64,000 bases of DNA from Eledone cirrhosa (lineage: Eukaryota). The position numbers were made by a program, and so were the translations under genes. The notes below the pieces were generated by a model. It saw nothing but the letters and a program-made list of their open reading frames with translations, was not told the DNA's origin and searched no databases. Shown here in pieces: positions 13,771 through 27,750 of the stretch. The DNA lies in contig OZ024746.1 in NCBI GenBank assembly GCA_964016885.1, positions 30,628,001-30,692,000 on the forward strand, in the 5' to 3' direction. Numbering within the stretch: the stretch's first letter is position 1; every line of letters begins with the position of its first letter.

Positions 13771-16193
13771 CATACATATACATATATAAATACATATATA
13801 TGTGTCTGTGTGGGAGGGGGATATCAAAAGACAGCTTAAGACGCACATTATACACCAATATAGATTGTAATTAACTACAAGTTTTTAGAACACCCTTCCG
13901 AAGCTAGAAATCAAACTAATTCCTCGTACTCATCTAACCAAAATCTTTTCACGGAATTATTGTTCATTCTTCAAAGAATCTTCGGTTCATGTGCTTAACA
14001 ATTTCGTGACCGTATTTCTAATGAAATACACTTTAGTTTAATTAATTGATGAAGAATTTGGAAGGATTTACTAGAAATATTTCATTACTAAGATAGTAAA
14101 TTAATATATGGTTCTTGTATAATATTATTTTGGAAGATTTTAATTTGAATAGACTCCCTTCAACCATTTCTACGTAATGAACTATTTAAATTAATCGATG
14201 AAAAACTTTGAGGGATTTACTAAAGTTATTAATTATATTACTAAGATAGTAACTTAACATTGTTCTTATATAAAATTATATTAGAATATTTAAAGTTAAA
14301 TGAGAACACTTCAAAAATGTTTGGAGTGTTTTTTTTTTTGTTTTTTTTTTTAAAAACAGAGTTAGTTATGCCTGGGTTGATATCAAAAGCGCTAAATAGT
14401 GGCTCAGTTAATTCTTTGAACGATCCAACCACCAGCTCTTTTATGAGAAAGATTATTCTCTTAAAGCTGTAAATTGACCGCCTAAGAATCCTTATATGGT
14501 CATTTTAAAGGCTTGGTATTTGTTGCCGTTCCCTACGTTTAAATTCCTCCAAGGTCAACTTTTCTTCATTTTAGTGTGAATAAATTGGCGCTGAATTGCT
14601 GAAATTGTTAGTGTCAGAAGCTTTGTGGTATCTATTCCGACACGGTACGTTCTGAGTTCAAATCCCATCTTCTCCTCCTCCCAGTAGTTGCAATAGGTAA
14701 GAAATATCAGCAATGGAAAGATAAATGGAGACATTGTTTCTTTGATCCGATCTGATGATCAGCTCCTTTCTTCTACCAGGAGTTGACTCACAGATATTAT
14801 CAGTAATGTAAAGACCAGTGGAAACATTGTTTCCTAGTCCGATCTGATGGTCAACTCCTTTCCTTTCTTTTTTTAACTCATTAGTTAATACCATAATGTA
14901 TTTTATCAGACGCTCTACCGATTCAAACAACTCACCACCTTCCTCTCTCAATCTAGGATCGACTCCGGAACTAAGTTAAAAATTTTAAAAGAAAATTTGC
15001 AGATCGGTCAGAATGGACCAAGGAAACAATGTTTCCATTGGTCTATTTATTACTGATACTGTCTGTTGGTAACAACTCCTGTCAGAAGATGGTGGGATTT
15101 GAACTCAGAATGCACAGAGCCAGAACAAATGTTGTCTGACATATTAACAATCCCACCCTTTCACCGTCCTTTAACTAATATTTCATTTGTCGACTCCGAA
15201 TGAATGAATGGAAGCATTGACCTCAGTGTTTAGAAAGCAGGAATATATTCCGAGGCTTTTAATCCGATGCCTTAATCACACTGTCAATACACTGCCTAAT
15301 GCTTAATGCCTTATAGTTCCAAATAAATATCAGTAAAATACATATAATCACTATAATTGACTGTTTCCTTCTCCTCGAAAATATCAAGATCAATAATTTA
15401 CCAATGGTTAGGTACTTCCATTTCCCACAGCACAATAATTGACCTGATCTTGTAAAGCATTGTGTATATTAATCGTTCAATTTTCCGCCCAAAATTACTA
15501 TTGTCATAGCTTGAACCTGTCTATTTAAAGCGACATTGATTAACTGCAAAATGGCGTCGTTTAAACGATAGTGACTTTTGTCTTTCTCTGCTGAAGCTCG
15601 TTCCCAGTTACACCAATGACTGTCATATTTACAACGTCACTCTCTTCTTAAATTAGATTAAATTACTGCTATCGTCTGTTTCTATGAATATAATTTTAAT
15701 TTAGCAACTTTTGATACGTAATTATACGTTGTGTAATCTACCACTCTTACAACAAACATTCTATTATTCATATATTTACATCCTTGAATATTTGCATCTT
15801 TTCGTGGTATTCAATATTTCCGAATTGCACTCATACTTGTTATAACCTCTCCCCCCCCCCTCTCTCGCTCTCTCTCTCTCTCTGAATATATGTGTGTGTG
15901 TGTGGATGGATGTATGCATGAGTGTGTGGGTGTTCGTATTAAATTCTCTGAATAGATTCCAATATATATATATATATTATACATCAGTTTCTATATATGT
16001 ATTTATGCATATATGTATATATGTATTTATGTATATATGTATATATGTATATATATGTACATGGGTTTAAAAGGGGGAGTCGTAAGGCAGAGGGTGATTG
16101 AGAAAATCAAGTGAAACCGTTCGATAAGTTTGGGTTCTGACTCTCGATTTATTATCATGGAGATACCACATCAAACTTACATACACACACAGC

Positions 16194-16232
<39 letters not shown>

Positions 16233-16323
16233 GCGCGCGTGGGGGGGGGGGGCGTATGTAAAAGCGTGAACCTAAAACAACTGTGTAGAATTGCCTCCTG
16301 TGTTTTGTTCATTCATTTTTAAC

Positions 16324-16453
<130 letters not shown>

Positions 16454-17329
16454 CTGCCATACATATTCCCAGATACTCAGAAGGTTCAAAATAAACCACC
16501 AAATTCATAGGATCCAAATAATTCTTCCACTCTTAGAACAAAGCCGGAAAATTTTTTATACTATTGCTATTCTTTTATAAAATAATAGTACCACAACAAC
16601 AAATAAAAATACAAAAACAACAAAGCAACAACAACAACAATACATCAACAACAATACAACAACAACACCAACAACAATACCAACAACAACACCAACAACA
16701 ACACCAACAACAACACCAACAACAGTAATATCAACAACAACAATACAACACAACACCACCAGCAACAACAAAAAATATCAACATCAACAATAGCATCATC
16801 ATCATCAACAACACCACCAACAACAACAACAACAATAACACCACCAACAACAACGCCAACAACAGTACCAACAACAACACCAACAGCAACACCATCAACA
16901 TCAATATCATCAATAACATCAAAAGCAACAACAACACCAACAACATCAACAACATCAATACCAACAACTCCAAAAACACCAACAACAACACCACCACCAC
17001 CAACAACAACAACAACAACAACAAAGCCCCTACTTCATGCATGAATCGGCCTTTTGTAAAACATTCGCCCGAATTGTTGATAATTTTCTCAAAGGGTGGA
17101 AAAAGCCCTGTGCATGCTATGATAATTTTGGTGTTTAAAGCTACCAAAGCTAATATGAATTATATTATACTGTGGTACTATGAGAAGGTGTCTAACAGGT
17201 TAGTTTCGGGGTTTGATTTGCAAAAGTATGCTCGTGGTTTCGATTCCGATACGGCGATTTGTTCTTTAAAACATGAACAAATCTTTATGCGTACCGTGAT
17301 AATTCTGGTATTTAGAACTTATTAAATAT

Positions 17330-17903
17330 AATTGTTTCTACTTTTGGCCTCAAGGCCAGCAAATTATCTCAGTGTATTACTGGTACTTTATTTTATCGAC
17401 CCCGTAACGATGAAAGTCAAAGTTAACCCCGGCGGGATTTGAACTCAGACCATAAAGGGCCATAACTCTTTGCTGCAAAGCATGGCGTCCAACCCTCTAC
17501 CGATACTGCCAATCCACCACCCTTAGAGTTTCTACTTTAGGCACAAGGCCAGCAATTATCCCAGTGTATTACTGGTACTTTATTTTATCGACCCCGTAAC
17601 GATGAAAGTCAAAGTTAACCCCGGCGGGATTTGAACTCAGACCATAAAGGGCCATAACTCTTTGCTGCAAAGCATGGCGTCCAACCCTCTACCGATACTG
17701 CCAATCCACCACCCTTAGAGTTTCTACTTTAGGCACAAGGCCAGCGATTTCCCCAGTGCATCACTGGTACTTTATTTTATCGACCCCGTAAGGATGAAAG
17801 GCAAAGTTAATCTCGGCGGATTTGAACTCAGAACACAAAGGGCCATAACTCTATGCTGCAAAGCATGGTGTCTGGCGCTCTACCGATACTGCCAAACCAC
17901 CAC
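17330..17903 (-). mobile_element. Three head-to-tail SINE copies (about 190-bp period)
   Basis: TTTCTACTTT...GGATTTGAACTCAG...CCGATACTGCCAATCCACC occurs three times. Confidence 0.85.
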
Positions 17904-17919
17904 TTATTAAATATAAAGT

Positions 17920-18118
17920 GGGAGAGTCAGCAGAAAAGTTCATAGGCTGACCAAGAAATTCTCATTGAATGACCAAATGAGGTTTATTTTTCAACATAGT
18001 CGCTGGAAAGACACAAGCAATTATTGATAAGAAGAGTTGAAATTAATGCATGCAACAATTCACAGCTCTAGCATCACTCCTTCATAGTCAACCATTGAAC
18101 TTTTCAATCGACTCACGT
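17920..18118. mobile_element. Decayed mariner-type MITE
   Basis: Imperfect TIRs GAGTCAGCAGAAAAGTTCATAGGCTGAC / GTCAACCATTGAACTTTTCAATCGACTC. Confidence 0.45.
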
Positions 18119-18147
18119 ATATTATATTACATAGCATTACATTTTGA

Positions 18148-18333
18148 GGGGGATTGGCAGTATTGGTAGAGGGTTAGACGCCATGCTTTGACGTATAGAG
18201 TTACGGCCCTTGCCTTTCTGAGTTCAAATCCCGCCAAGGTTAACTTTGCTTTTCATCCTTACGGGGTCGATAAAATAAAGTACCAGTAATGCACTGGGTC
18301 ATTGCTGGCCTTGTGCCTAACGTAGAAACAATT
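18148..18333 (+). mobile_element. tRNA-derived SINE (Deu/Nin-like family)
   Basis: A box TGGCAGTATTGG, B box GAGTTCAAATCC, conserved body and tail. Confidence 0.8.
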
Positions 18334-18458
18334 ACATTTTGAGGGTTCATGGCTTGGTGGATAGAGGTGTTGGTATTACGATAGTAAGATCGTGGTTTCG
18401 GTTCTCACGCGATATTGTGTTTGGTTTCTCTGCGGTGTTTGTTTCGGCTGTTAACGTT

Positions 18459-19358
18459 CTGAGATCAAATCCCACCACGGTCAACTTTACTTATCATCCT
18501 TCTAATGTTGTCTGAGATCAAATCCCACCACGGTCAACTTTACTTATCATCCTTCTAATGTTGTCTGAGATCAAATCCCACCACGGTCAACTTTACTTAT
18601 CATCCTTCTAATGTTGTCTGAGATCAAATCCCACCACGGTCAACTTTACTTATCATCCTTCTAATGTTGTCTGAGATCAAATCACACCACGGTCAACTTT
18701 ACTTATCCTCCTTCTAATGTTGTCTGAGATCAAATCCCACCACGGTCAACTTTACTTATCCTCCTTCTAACGTTGTCTGAGATCAAATCACACCACGGTC
18801 AACTTTACTTATCCTCCTTCTAATGTTGTCTGAGATCAAATCACACCACGGTCAACTTTACTTATCCTCCTTCTAATGTTGTCTGAGATCAAATCCCACC
18901 ACGGTCAACTTTACTTATCCTCCTTCTAACGTTGTCTGAGATCAAATCCCACCACGGTCAACTTTACTTATCCTCCTTCTAATGTTGTCTGAGATCAAAT
19001 CACACCACGGTCAACTTTACTTATCCTCCTTCTAACGTTGTCTGAGATCAAATCCCACCACGGTCAACTTTACTTATCCTCCTTCTAACGTTGTCTGAGA
19101 TCAAATCACACCACGGTCAACTTTACTTATCCTCCTTCTAATGTTGTCTGAGATCAAATCACACCACGGTCAACTTTACTTATCCTCCTTCTAATGTTGT
19201 CTGAGATCAAATCCCACCACGGTCAACTTTACTTATCCTCCTTCTAACGTTGTCTGAGATCAAATCACACCACGGTCAACTTTACTTATCCTCCTTCTAA
19301 TGTTGTCTGAGATCAAATCACACCACGGTCAACTTTACTTATCCTCCTTCTAATGTTG
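18459..19358. repeat. 53-bp minisatellite (about 17 copies) amplified from a SINE B-box region
   Basis: Unit TCTGAGATCAAATCCCACCACGGTCAACTTTACTTATCCTCCTTCTAATGTTG; the SINE body resumes (GATAAAATAAA) after the last copy. Confidence 0.9.
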
Positions 19359-19757
19359 ATAAAATAAATGACTGGAGTGGATTTAATCGTATGTCTCTTG
19401 TGTCAATTCTTTTACTGATAAAAGTAATTTGACTTCGATTATGCTGGGGTACTTCCTTTGAGTGATTTAGTCGATCATGTTGACTCCACTACTAACAGAA
19501 GCCAACGGAGGTTGAGAGGACGATTCAAACTGTTTTGACCCACAATCTCTCTAACGTCGCCAGCACGAAGGATGCACTCAGTACACACTGCAGAGTAGTT
19601 AGTAATAGAAAGGATATTTAGTTGTAGAAACGATACCATAATAGTGGTGGTGCTGTTGTTGTTGTTTCTGGTGTTGGTGTTGCTGTTGTTGGTTGTGGTG
19701 TTGGTGGTGGTAGTGGCAGTGGTGGTATTGGTGATGATGGTGCTGCTGTTGTTGTAG

Positions 19758-19789
<32 letters not shown>

Positions 19790-20161
19790 ATTGTTACTGT
19801 TGTTCTTGTCTTCGTTGTTGCTAATGTTGTTAGTGTTGTTGTTGTTGTGGAGTCTACATAGGAAACTATAAAGATGATTCAGTTAGAACAAAGGGAATAA
19901 TAGAAAGTGCAGCACTAATGACGTATTAAGATCTAGTAATGATTAATTAATCCGTTACAATATCAACGATTTAATTAGTCGGTGTTGGTATTTCCATTGC
20001 TAGAGTTTCACTGAAAACACGTTTCACTATAATGTGGTTAGAATAAAACACAGATAAGAAACAATCAAAGACCGTCAGTTAACGAAAGTTTGGCACCAAA
20101 CTTTTCGGTTGATGAAATGATAAATATTTTAACATCTGCACTCCACAGACGCGTGCTGGGG

Positions 20162-20259
<98 letters not shown>

Positions 20260-20398
20260 TGTGTGTGTGTCTGTGCATGTATGTATATTTTTGTATGTGT
20301 GTGTGAACGTAGAAACATTAGCTGTTTTAACCTATTCTTTCATTTAACAGCATATATATATATTATTGGCAGCATGGTACTCACAAAGTATAATTACG

Positions 20399-20507
<109 letters not shown>

Positions 20508-20616
20508 TTTTGTATGTGTGTGTGAACGTAGAAACATTAGCTGCTTTAACCTATTCTTTCATTTAACAGCATATATATATATTATTGGCAGCATGGAACT
20601 CACAAAGTATAATTAC

Positions 20617-20657
<41 letters not shown>

Positions 20658-20713
20658 TATAATTACGTATGTATATATAAATATACATACGTAATTATAC
20701 TTTATATATATAC

Positions 20714-20793
<80 letters not shown>

Positions 20794-20957
20794 AATTAAT
20801 ATATCTACCGACATATGTATACAGATGCATACCTACGCTAGCAGATATATATGTTTTGTCTTAGTAACTTTGTAGTTCTATGCAGGGGAATGCAGAACAA
20901 TTATATGAAAGACGTAAATAATAAAGTTCTGAAAATTGACTTACTTACTAAAATTTC

Positions 20958-21036
20958 ACTCCAACTAATTAGTTTCTGTAAGGGGATAAATACAGTTATG
21001 TAATACCTGTAGAGAAGCCTTACGTCATCAGGGAGT
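20958..21036 (-). ncRNA. Type I hammerhead ribozyme motif
   Basis: actcc-CTGATGA-cGTAAGG...CCTTACa-GAAA-CTAATTAG-TT-ggagt; palindromic stem III. Confidence 0.65.
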
Positions 21037-21462
21037 CTATTCTCAGCTAAGTTACCAGGCAATGCGGGGACACTGGAAACTTATATAACAATAATTCAGT
21101 GGATGGAAAAAACCGAAAAAGGCGAGCGGGGCTAGATTCCAAGCCACTGAAAAATTCACTGCGTTCTTGGTCAAGTGGCAAATTCAAAAGAATTAATCAC
21201 GTGACACTGAGGTTAACCAGTTTGGAGTGGGGGTGCTATTAAGACAGAGCCTAGCCACTACTATCAGTCACAGTAGTAATTTGGCAAATTTTGCTCAACA
21301 AATAATTTGGAGATGAATATAAAGAATTAATATATCTACCGACACATGTATACAGATGCATACCAATGCTAGCAGATATATATGTTTTGTCTTAGTAACT
21401 TTGTAGTTCTATGCAGGGGAATGCAGAACAATTATATGAAAGACGTAAATAGCTGAGAATAG

Positions 21463-21541
21463 ACTCCCTGATGACGTAAGGCTTCTCTACAGGTATTACA
21501 TAACTGTATTTATCCCCTTACAGAAACTAATTAGTTGGAGT
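21463..21541 (+). ncRNA. Type I hammerhead ribozyme motif (inverted copy of 20958-21036)
   Basis: Same motif read on the + strand. Confidence 0.65.
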
Positions 21542-21588
21542 GAAATTTTAGTAAGTAAGTCAATTTTCATAACTTTCTTATTTACGTC

Positions 21589-21629
<41 letters not shown>

Positions 21630-21630
<1 letters not shown>

Positions 21631-21843
21631 GATCGATCGACTTTCTTCATATCGGACCGAGGAAACAATGTTTCCGTTGGTCTTTCCAGTTGCTAATACT
21701 ATCTATCGGTCGCAACTCCAGGTAGAAGGAGCAACGTGAAATAAAGTGTCTGGCTCAAGGACATAACGCATCGCCTGGTCCAGTAATCGAACTCACAACC
21801 TTAAGATTGGGAATCCAATTCTCCAACCACTCAGCCACACGCC
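21630..21843 (-). mobile_element. tRNA-derived SINE (second family, TGTCCTTGAGC core)
   Basis: Reverse complement of 57035-57243; A and B boxes present. Confidence 0.75.
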
Positions 21844-21980
<137 letters not shown>

Positions 21981-22356
21981 TGGTAGCTAAGATGCTTTCA
22001 TAGGCGGTATGCCGGTTGAGCACTCTATGCTCTTACAGAGCAGAGTATGATAGAATAGAAAACGAAAAATCTGTGATGCATCTGAACTCAATTTATTGTG
22101 TGTTACAACTGTTTCGCCGGCGGACAGCTCGAGACGCGATCATTGTGTGGATCTGTCTGATTCTGGACCCGCAGGTTCGACGGACACGTCTAATGATTTC
22201 GGAGCATATTCTCTCTCTGAGAGAATATGACAGAATCACAGAATCAGAGAATCAGACAGATCCACACAATGATCGCGTCTCGATCTGTCCGCCGGAGAAA
22301 CAATTGTAACACACAATAAATTGAGTTCAGATGCATCACTGATTCTTTGTTTTCTA

Positions 22357-22427
<71 letters not shown>

Positions 22428-22584
22428 TTTTTCCGGGTTGAATCGGAGGTAACCACAGTAAGTAAGGTACTCAATACATAGCAGAATATAAAAGTTTTAA
22501 TATAGAAGAGCTTCTACAGGACTAGAACTGTTTCATTCGTGATGATTTCTAACGAATGAAACAGTTCTAGTCCTGTAGAAGCTC

Positions 22585-22666
<82 letters not shown>

Positions 22667-22850
22667 AGTTAATATGCCCACGGGTACTAAGTACCCCTGG
22701 AAATACATAGGTTGTCTATGATTCAGGGTTGTTCAATGGTATTAATTTGACATACCAGAACTATAATCTTAAGATAAGCAGAACAAGTAAAATTCAACCA
22801 ATTTTTCAAAATAAATTAAAAAATATAATTAAAAATTTACCTATCAAGTT

Positions 22851-22934
22851 TGCCCTTACTGATCAGTTTCGCTTTGTAAAACATTAGAAATCCATTGGAT
22901 TTCCAATGGAAAATCAAAGTTCATCAGAGAAGCA
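22851..22934 (-). ncRNA. Type I hammerhead ribozyme motif
   Basis: tgcttct-CTGATGA-aCTTTG...CAAAGc-GAAA-CTGATCAG-TA-agggca; palindromic stem III. Confidence 0.65.
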
Positions 22935-23062
22935 TTTTCCTTTCCTAGGACTTTTTACAAAGCGAAACTGATCAGTAAGGGCAAACTTGATAGGTAAATA
23001 TTAAAATTATATTTTTTTATTTATTTTGAAAAATTGGTTGAATTTTACTTGTTCTGCTTATC

Positions 23063-23123
<61 letters not shown>

Positions 23124-23484
23124 CGTATCAATGTATTGATGGAAGTTTGTGTATAGGTTGACCACTAATAACACTAAATAAGATTGATAAAAGGTTTATC
23201 GTGTGTTTTCTACTAATCTGACCTCCATCAAGCTAACTGACAACATATTTTTCGAAAATGGAATGGGGGGGGGGGGCGATTGAGGGAGATTACTGCTATT
23301 TCTAGCACACAAATACTGTCTATCAATATAGAGATAGGGCAACACTACACCTTTTACTTAAACCACCTCCTCTTCTCTCTTACTAAACGTTTTCTACCTT
23401 TTTCCGTTTCTGGTCGGTCGGGATGACATCTGACTCATTCTCTTCTCCCCCTTTCTCTGTCTCTCTCTCTCACTACTTCTCCTT

Positions 23485-23947
23485 TATATCGGCTGTCTTC
23501 ACTGTATGATGTGTAATATTTCCGCTATACCGGCTACCTTCACTGAATACCGTGTGATATCTTAGCTATATCGGCTACCTTCACTGAATACTATGCGATA
23601 TCTCAGCTATATCGGCTGTCTTCACTGAATACTATGCGATATCTCAGCTATATCGGCTGTCTTCACTGAATACCGTGTGTTATCTTTGCTATATCAGCTG
23701 TCTTCACTAAATACCGTGATATCTCCGCTATATCGGCTGTCTTCACTGAATACCATGTGATATCTCCGCTATATGGGCTGTCTTCACTGAATACCGTGTG
23801 ATATCTTTGCTATATCAGCTGTCTTGACTGAAGACTTTGGGATATCTCAGCTATATCGGCTGTCTTAACTGAATACCGTCTGATATCTTTGCTATATCAG
23901 TTTTCTTGACTGAATACCGTGCGATATCTCAGCTATATCGGCTGTCA
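23485..23947. repeat. 41-bp minisatellite, about 11 copies
   Basis: GCTATATCGGCTGTCTTCACTGAATACCGTGTGATATCTCA-like unit. Confidence 0.85.
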
Positions 23948-24812
23948 TCAATAAAGAAAACTAGATAACAACATCAAATGAAAATTTAATTACAATTTCA
24001 TAACTAAAACCTTTATCAGATCGCTTTCAAGAACACCACAATACGTATTTAACAATGTGAAAAATGGCTGATGTTCTAGAAAGGGTAAATGGATAATATT
24101 TCATTAGAATGGTTCCATTTGTCTTCCATGGTGGGTTGGTGTGGGGTGGAGCAATAAACAACAATAAGATCAAGATATAAGTGATGGGGAAGAAAAAGAT
24201 AATTAATGAAAAGAAATATGGATGAAGAACAGCGTGAAATTAATGAAAGTTAATGGCCTAATAACAACAATTAACTAAAATTGTTCATCATTCAAGCGAA
24301 TATTTCGCCAGTTATTATAGTTTCAAAATGTAAAAATGTAAAATCCTTTGCCAATCATCAAACATTTAAGAGAGGAAACCATTTTTTTTCTTTACATATT
24401 GTTGCGGATAAAATTGTGGTTGGGGTGTGAGTGGGGGAGATATGATAGAAACTAAATATAATGTGCTGATAATTTTATCCCTTATCACATTTACAGGATC
24501 TCCAATATGAAGTACATAAATAATGAATTGGTTTTGATAGGAGGGAAGTTTTCATGAGATATTACGACAGATATGATAACGTGACTGCAAAATCCTTCCC
24601 AATCGGAAATGAAATTGGTAAAAGAAAAATATATAATATGCAAGACATTAATAAACATGCTTGTGTGCATTTGCAAACATGGGAACAAGTTTGCATATGC
24701 ACACTGCACACTCAAAGGAATGCACGGGTGCATACGGATGCATACAGTTGAGAATAAATAAACTGGTAGCCATTAATAATGTATATTCCCTACAAACTCA
24801 GAGATGCAAAAA

Positions 24813-24882
<70 letters not shown>

Positions 24883-24928
24883 TAAAATAAAGAACTTGTT
24901 CTTTGTGTTTATTTCATTGTTTTTATTA

Positions 24929-24973
<45 letters not shown>

Positions 24974-24974
<1 letters not shown>

Positions 24975-25188
24975 GAGGAGTGCCGAAAACCTCCTGGCTT
25001 GATCACTTCTACAGAGGCCTGGTTAGAGGCCCAACCTTCTAAGTTCTTTTTACAGGGCTTAGAAAAACTGAAGGACCACTGCAATGGGTGTGTGAATATG
25101 AGAGGGGAATATGTTGAATAAGATTTTAGTTAACTGATCCTCCTGTATTTTCTTTTACCTATAGCCAGTAACTTGTCAGCACCCCCTC

Positions 25189-25189
<1 letters not shown>
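24974..25189 (+). mobile_element. Mariner-derived MITE inserted in (TA)n
   Basis: Imperfect TIRs CGAGGAGTGCCGAAAACCTCCTGGCT / AGCCAGTAACTTGTCAGCACCCCCTCG, TA flanks, transposase C-terminal remnant (..CVNMRGEYVE*). Confidence 0.7.
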
Positions 25190-25253
<64 letters not shown>

Positions 25254-25953
25254 CACACACAATAGAATATAGATTGGAAAATAAAAAATAGAAAAAGCGC
25301 GGGTCATATGAGTATGGTTATATTGGTTTTAATTTTTGGTGTCTATCAGCGTATATATTAGTTAAACAGTTTAGATATTATTCCTGATGGTGTCTAAGTG
25401 TGTCTGGCTATATTGACATTGTATATGTGTGTGGTTTGTCTCTGTGTGTGTATGAAATATAAAAGAAACTATTAGTGACAGATATGAATCTGTTTATTAT
25501 GTATCCGTTCATTAAAATAAAGCGAAACTCAACTTCAAGGTGGGCCAACTAATGTTGAAATAAACAAAAAAGCATTTGAATTGTCATAGCAGCCACATTA
25601 TACAATACTAAACAGTTAAATTGATTGGCTTTCCGTAGAGGAATGGAAGAGTCTCACATTTAAATACGTTATCCAGTACATTAGTAGAGAAGGAACATAT
25701 TTATTTCATATAAAAATGAAGTCTAAAGAAGTAGAACTGCTTCATTCGTTTGGAATCCACCGTTTATTATACACATTTATGTTGTTTCTATTCTGCATGG
25801 CTTAGTGGTTAGAGAGTTGGGCTTGCAATTGTGAGATTGTGAGTCAAATTCCCAGACCAGAGTAACAAAACTTACTATTTAGCCTTAATAAAATGAATAT
25901 TAAAACTCTAATTCGGACATTGAGTACTCATTTCTCTCAACCGTCAACCACAT

Positions 25954-25991
<38 letters not shown>

Positions 25992-26297
25992 CGTTTCTGA
26001 ATTTGTTTAGCAAGATTCTTTATCTGAAATCGTGTGTTGAAACCGATATTGTTATACTTTGGGAGGGTCATGTTGCCAATAAGAAACACACGCACCAGTT
26101 GCTTTCACTTCAATTTATTATATCTTTATAAATAGTCATGTATGACTATATATAAACAACTATCTGGTTGTGGAACCAACCAACCAACCAGAAATTTATA
26201 AATTTATAAATTTATAAATTTATAAATATATAATAAATTGAAGTGAAAGCAACTGGTGCGTGTGTTTCTTATTGGCAACATGGCCCTCCCAAAGTAT

Positions 26298-26338
<41 letters not shown>

Positions 26339-27105
26339 TGTAGTTCCTGTCTGTTTGTTTGTTTGTTTACGAACTCCTCCTATGGTTTTGGAGATAGACC
26401 CCTCCCCCCATAACCATATATATTCTGAAACTACATTGCCCTGCGTACTTGGATAAGTATACTTCATTTTAATCAAAGGGTTCCCCCGGGGACACAAACC
26501 CCTGCTAAAAATGTTTTCCCTTTATTTATATGAAATTTAAACCATAGGTAAATGACAAGATATGATGCCTATTCACAAAATTTCAGCAAATTTCAATAAT
26601 ATTAACATACCCTAACCGGGGTTAATCCCCTTATAGTGAACATTTTGGAAGCCCATAACGGAGTTTCTCTATTAATTAAACGTAAATCAACAAAAAAAGC
26701 ACCTCACTTTCATAGTAAAATTTGGCTAATTTAGACATTGTATCTATGTCTTGAGATATAGCAGTTTCAGGTATGGCTTTATTGTTTAATAAGGACGTGG
26801 GTGTATTGAGTATTGATTTGTGATGGGAAATAAATATATATATATATATACATAAATATATATATAATATATTTAGAAACACACAGATACATGCGGACAC
26901 ACACATATATACATGAATGCATCCGCACCCAACTGTGAGTTAAGGGTGCCAACTTCACCGATGTTGCTCAATGAATGACTGGGACAGACCAATTCAGTTG
27001 AACTAGACTGAACCAGTATCAGAGTTAAAAATACATTATGAAGAGAGAAGAAACTTTTAGATATAATTAGTAATAAAATGTATCATACCTAAACTGCTCC
27101 TAAAT

Positions 27106-27195
27106 TCCTCGACTACGTAGTTTCGTGGCATAAACAAAAACAATATATCATAAAGATATAGAGTCCTTGCGAGGTCTGCCGACTTATCAAGAGGA
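27106..27195 (-). ncRNA. Type I hammerhead ribozyme motif, U3-A8 core variant
   Basis: tcctc-TTGATAA-GTcGGCA...TGCCAC-GAAA-CTACGTAG-TC-gagga. Confidence 0.65.
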
Positions 27196-27358
27196 TACCT
27201 CATTTTACTAGTCTCAAGAACGCGTCTACACGACGTGAGAAAGAATCCCAAAAGGCGGAGGGGGAGATAGTCACGCGATATAACGGTCGAGAAACAGAGC
27301 TAAGCCTCTTATAACCCCGAAGAAAATACCACGGAGGCGGAGGGGGTATTTATATCGA

Positions 27359-27460
<102 letters not shown>

Positions 27461-27700
27461 GCACAATAGAAGATAGATTGGAAAATAAGAAAATAGAAAA
27501 AGCGGGGTCATATGAGTGTGGTTGTATCTGGTGTCTATCAGCGTATATGATTTGTGATGGGAGGTGAAAATGGCGGTGGGGGGTCATACGTATCGTCGTC
27601 GTTGTAGTGTTGGTGGTATTGATGACTTTCGAGAGAATTAGGAAGAAGAGAACGGGAGAAGAAAAGGGGAATTATTATGATGATGGTGGTGGTGAAATTT

Positions 27701-27750
<50 letters not shown>

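Larger units (their letters stand above)
20790..21597. mobile_element. Non-coding HHR-bearing element in (TA)n, with 130-bp direct repeat and inverted 3' duplication (Penelope/retrozyme-like)
   Basis: 20790-20921 is repeated at 21321-21451; 20903-21048 is inverted at 21451-21597; both inverted copies carry an HHR motif. Confidence 0.7.

Noticed and set aside
18459-19358. CRISPR-like appearance of regular repeats (also 8092-9855, 47469-48320)
   Set aside because: No unique spacers, no cas genes, eukaryotic context
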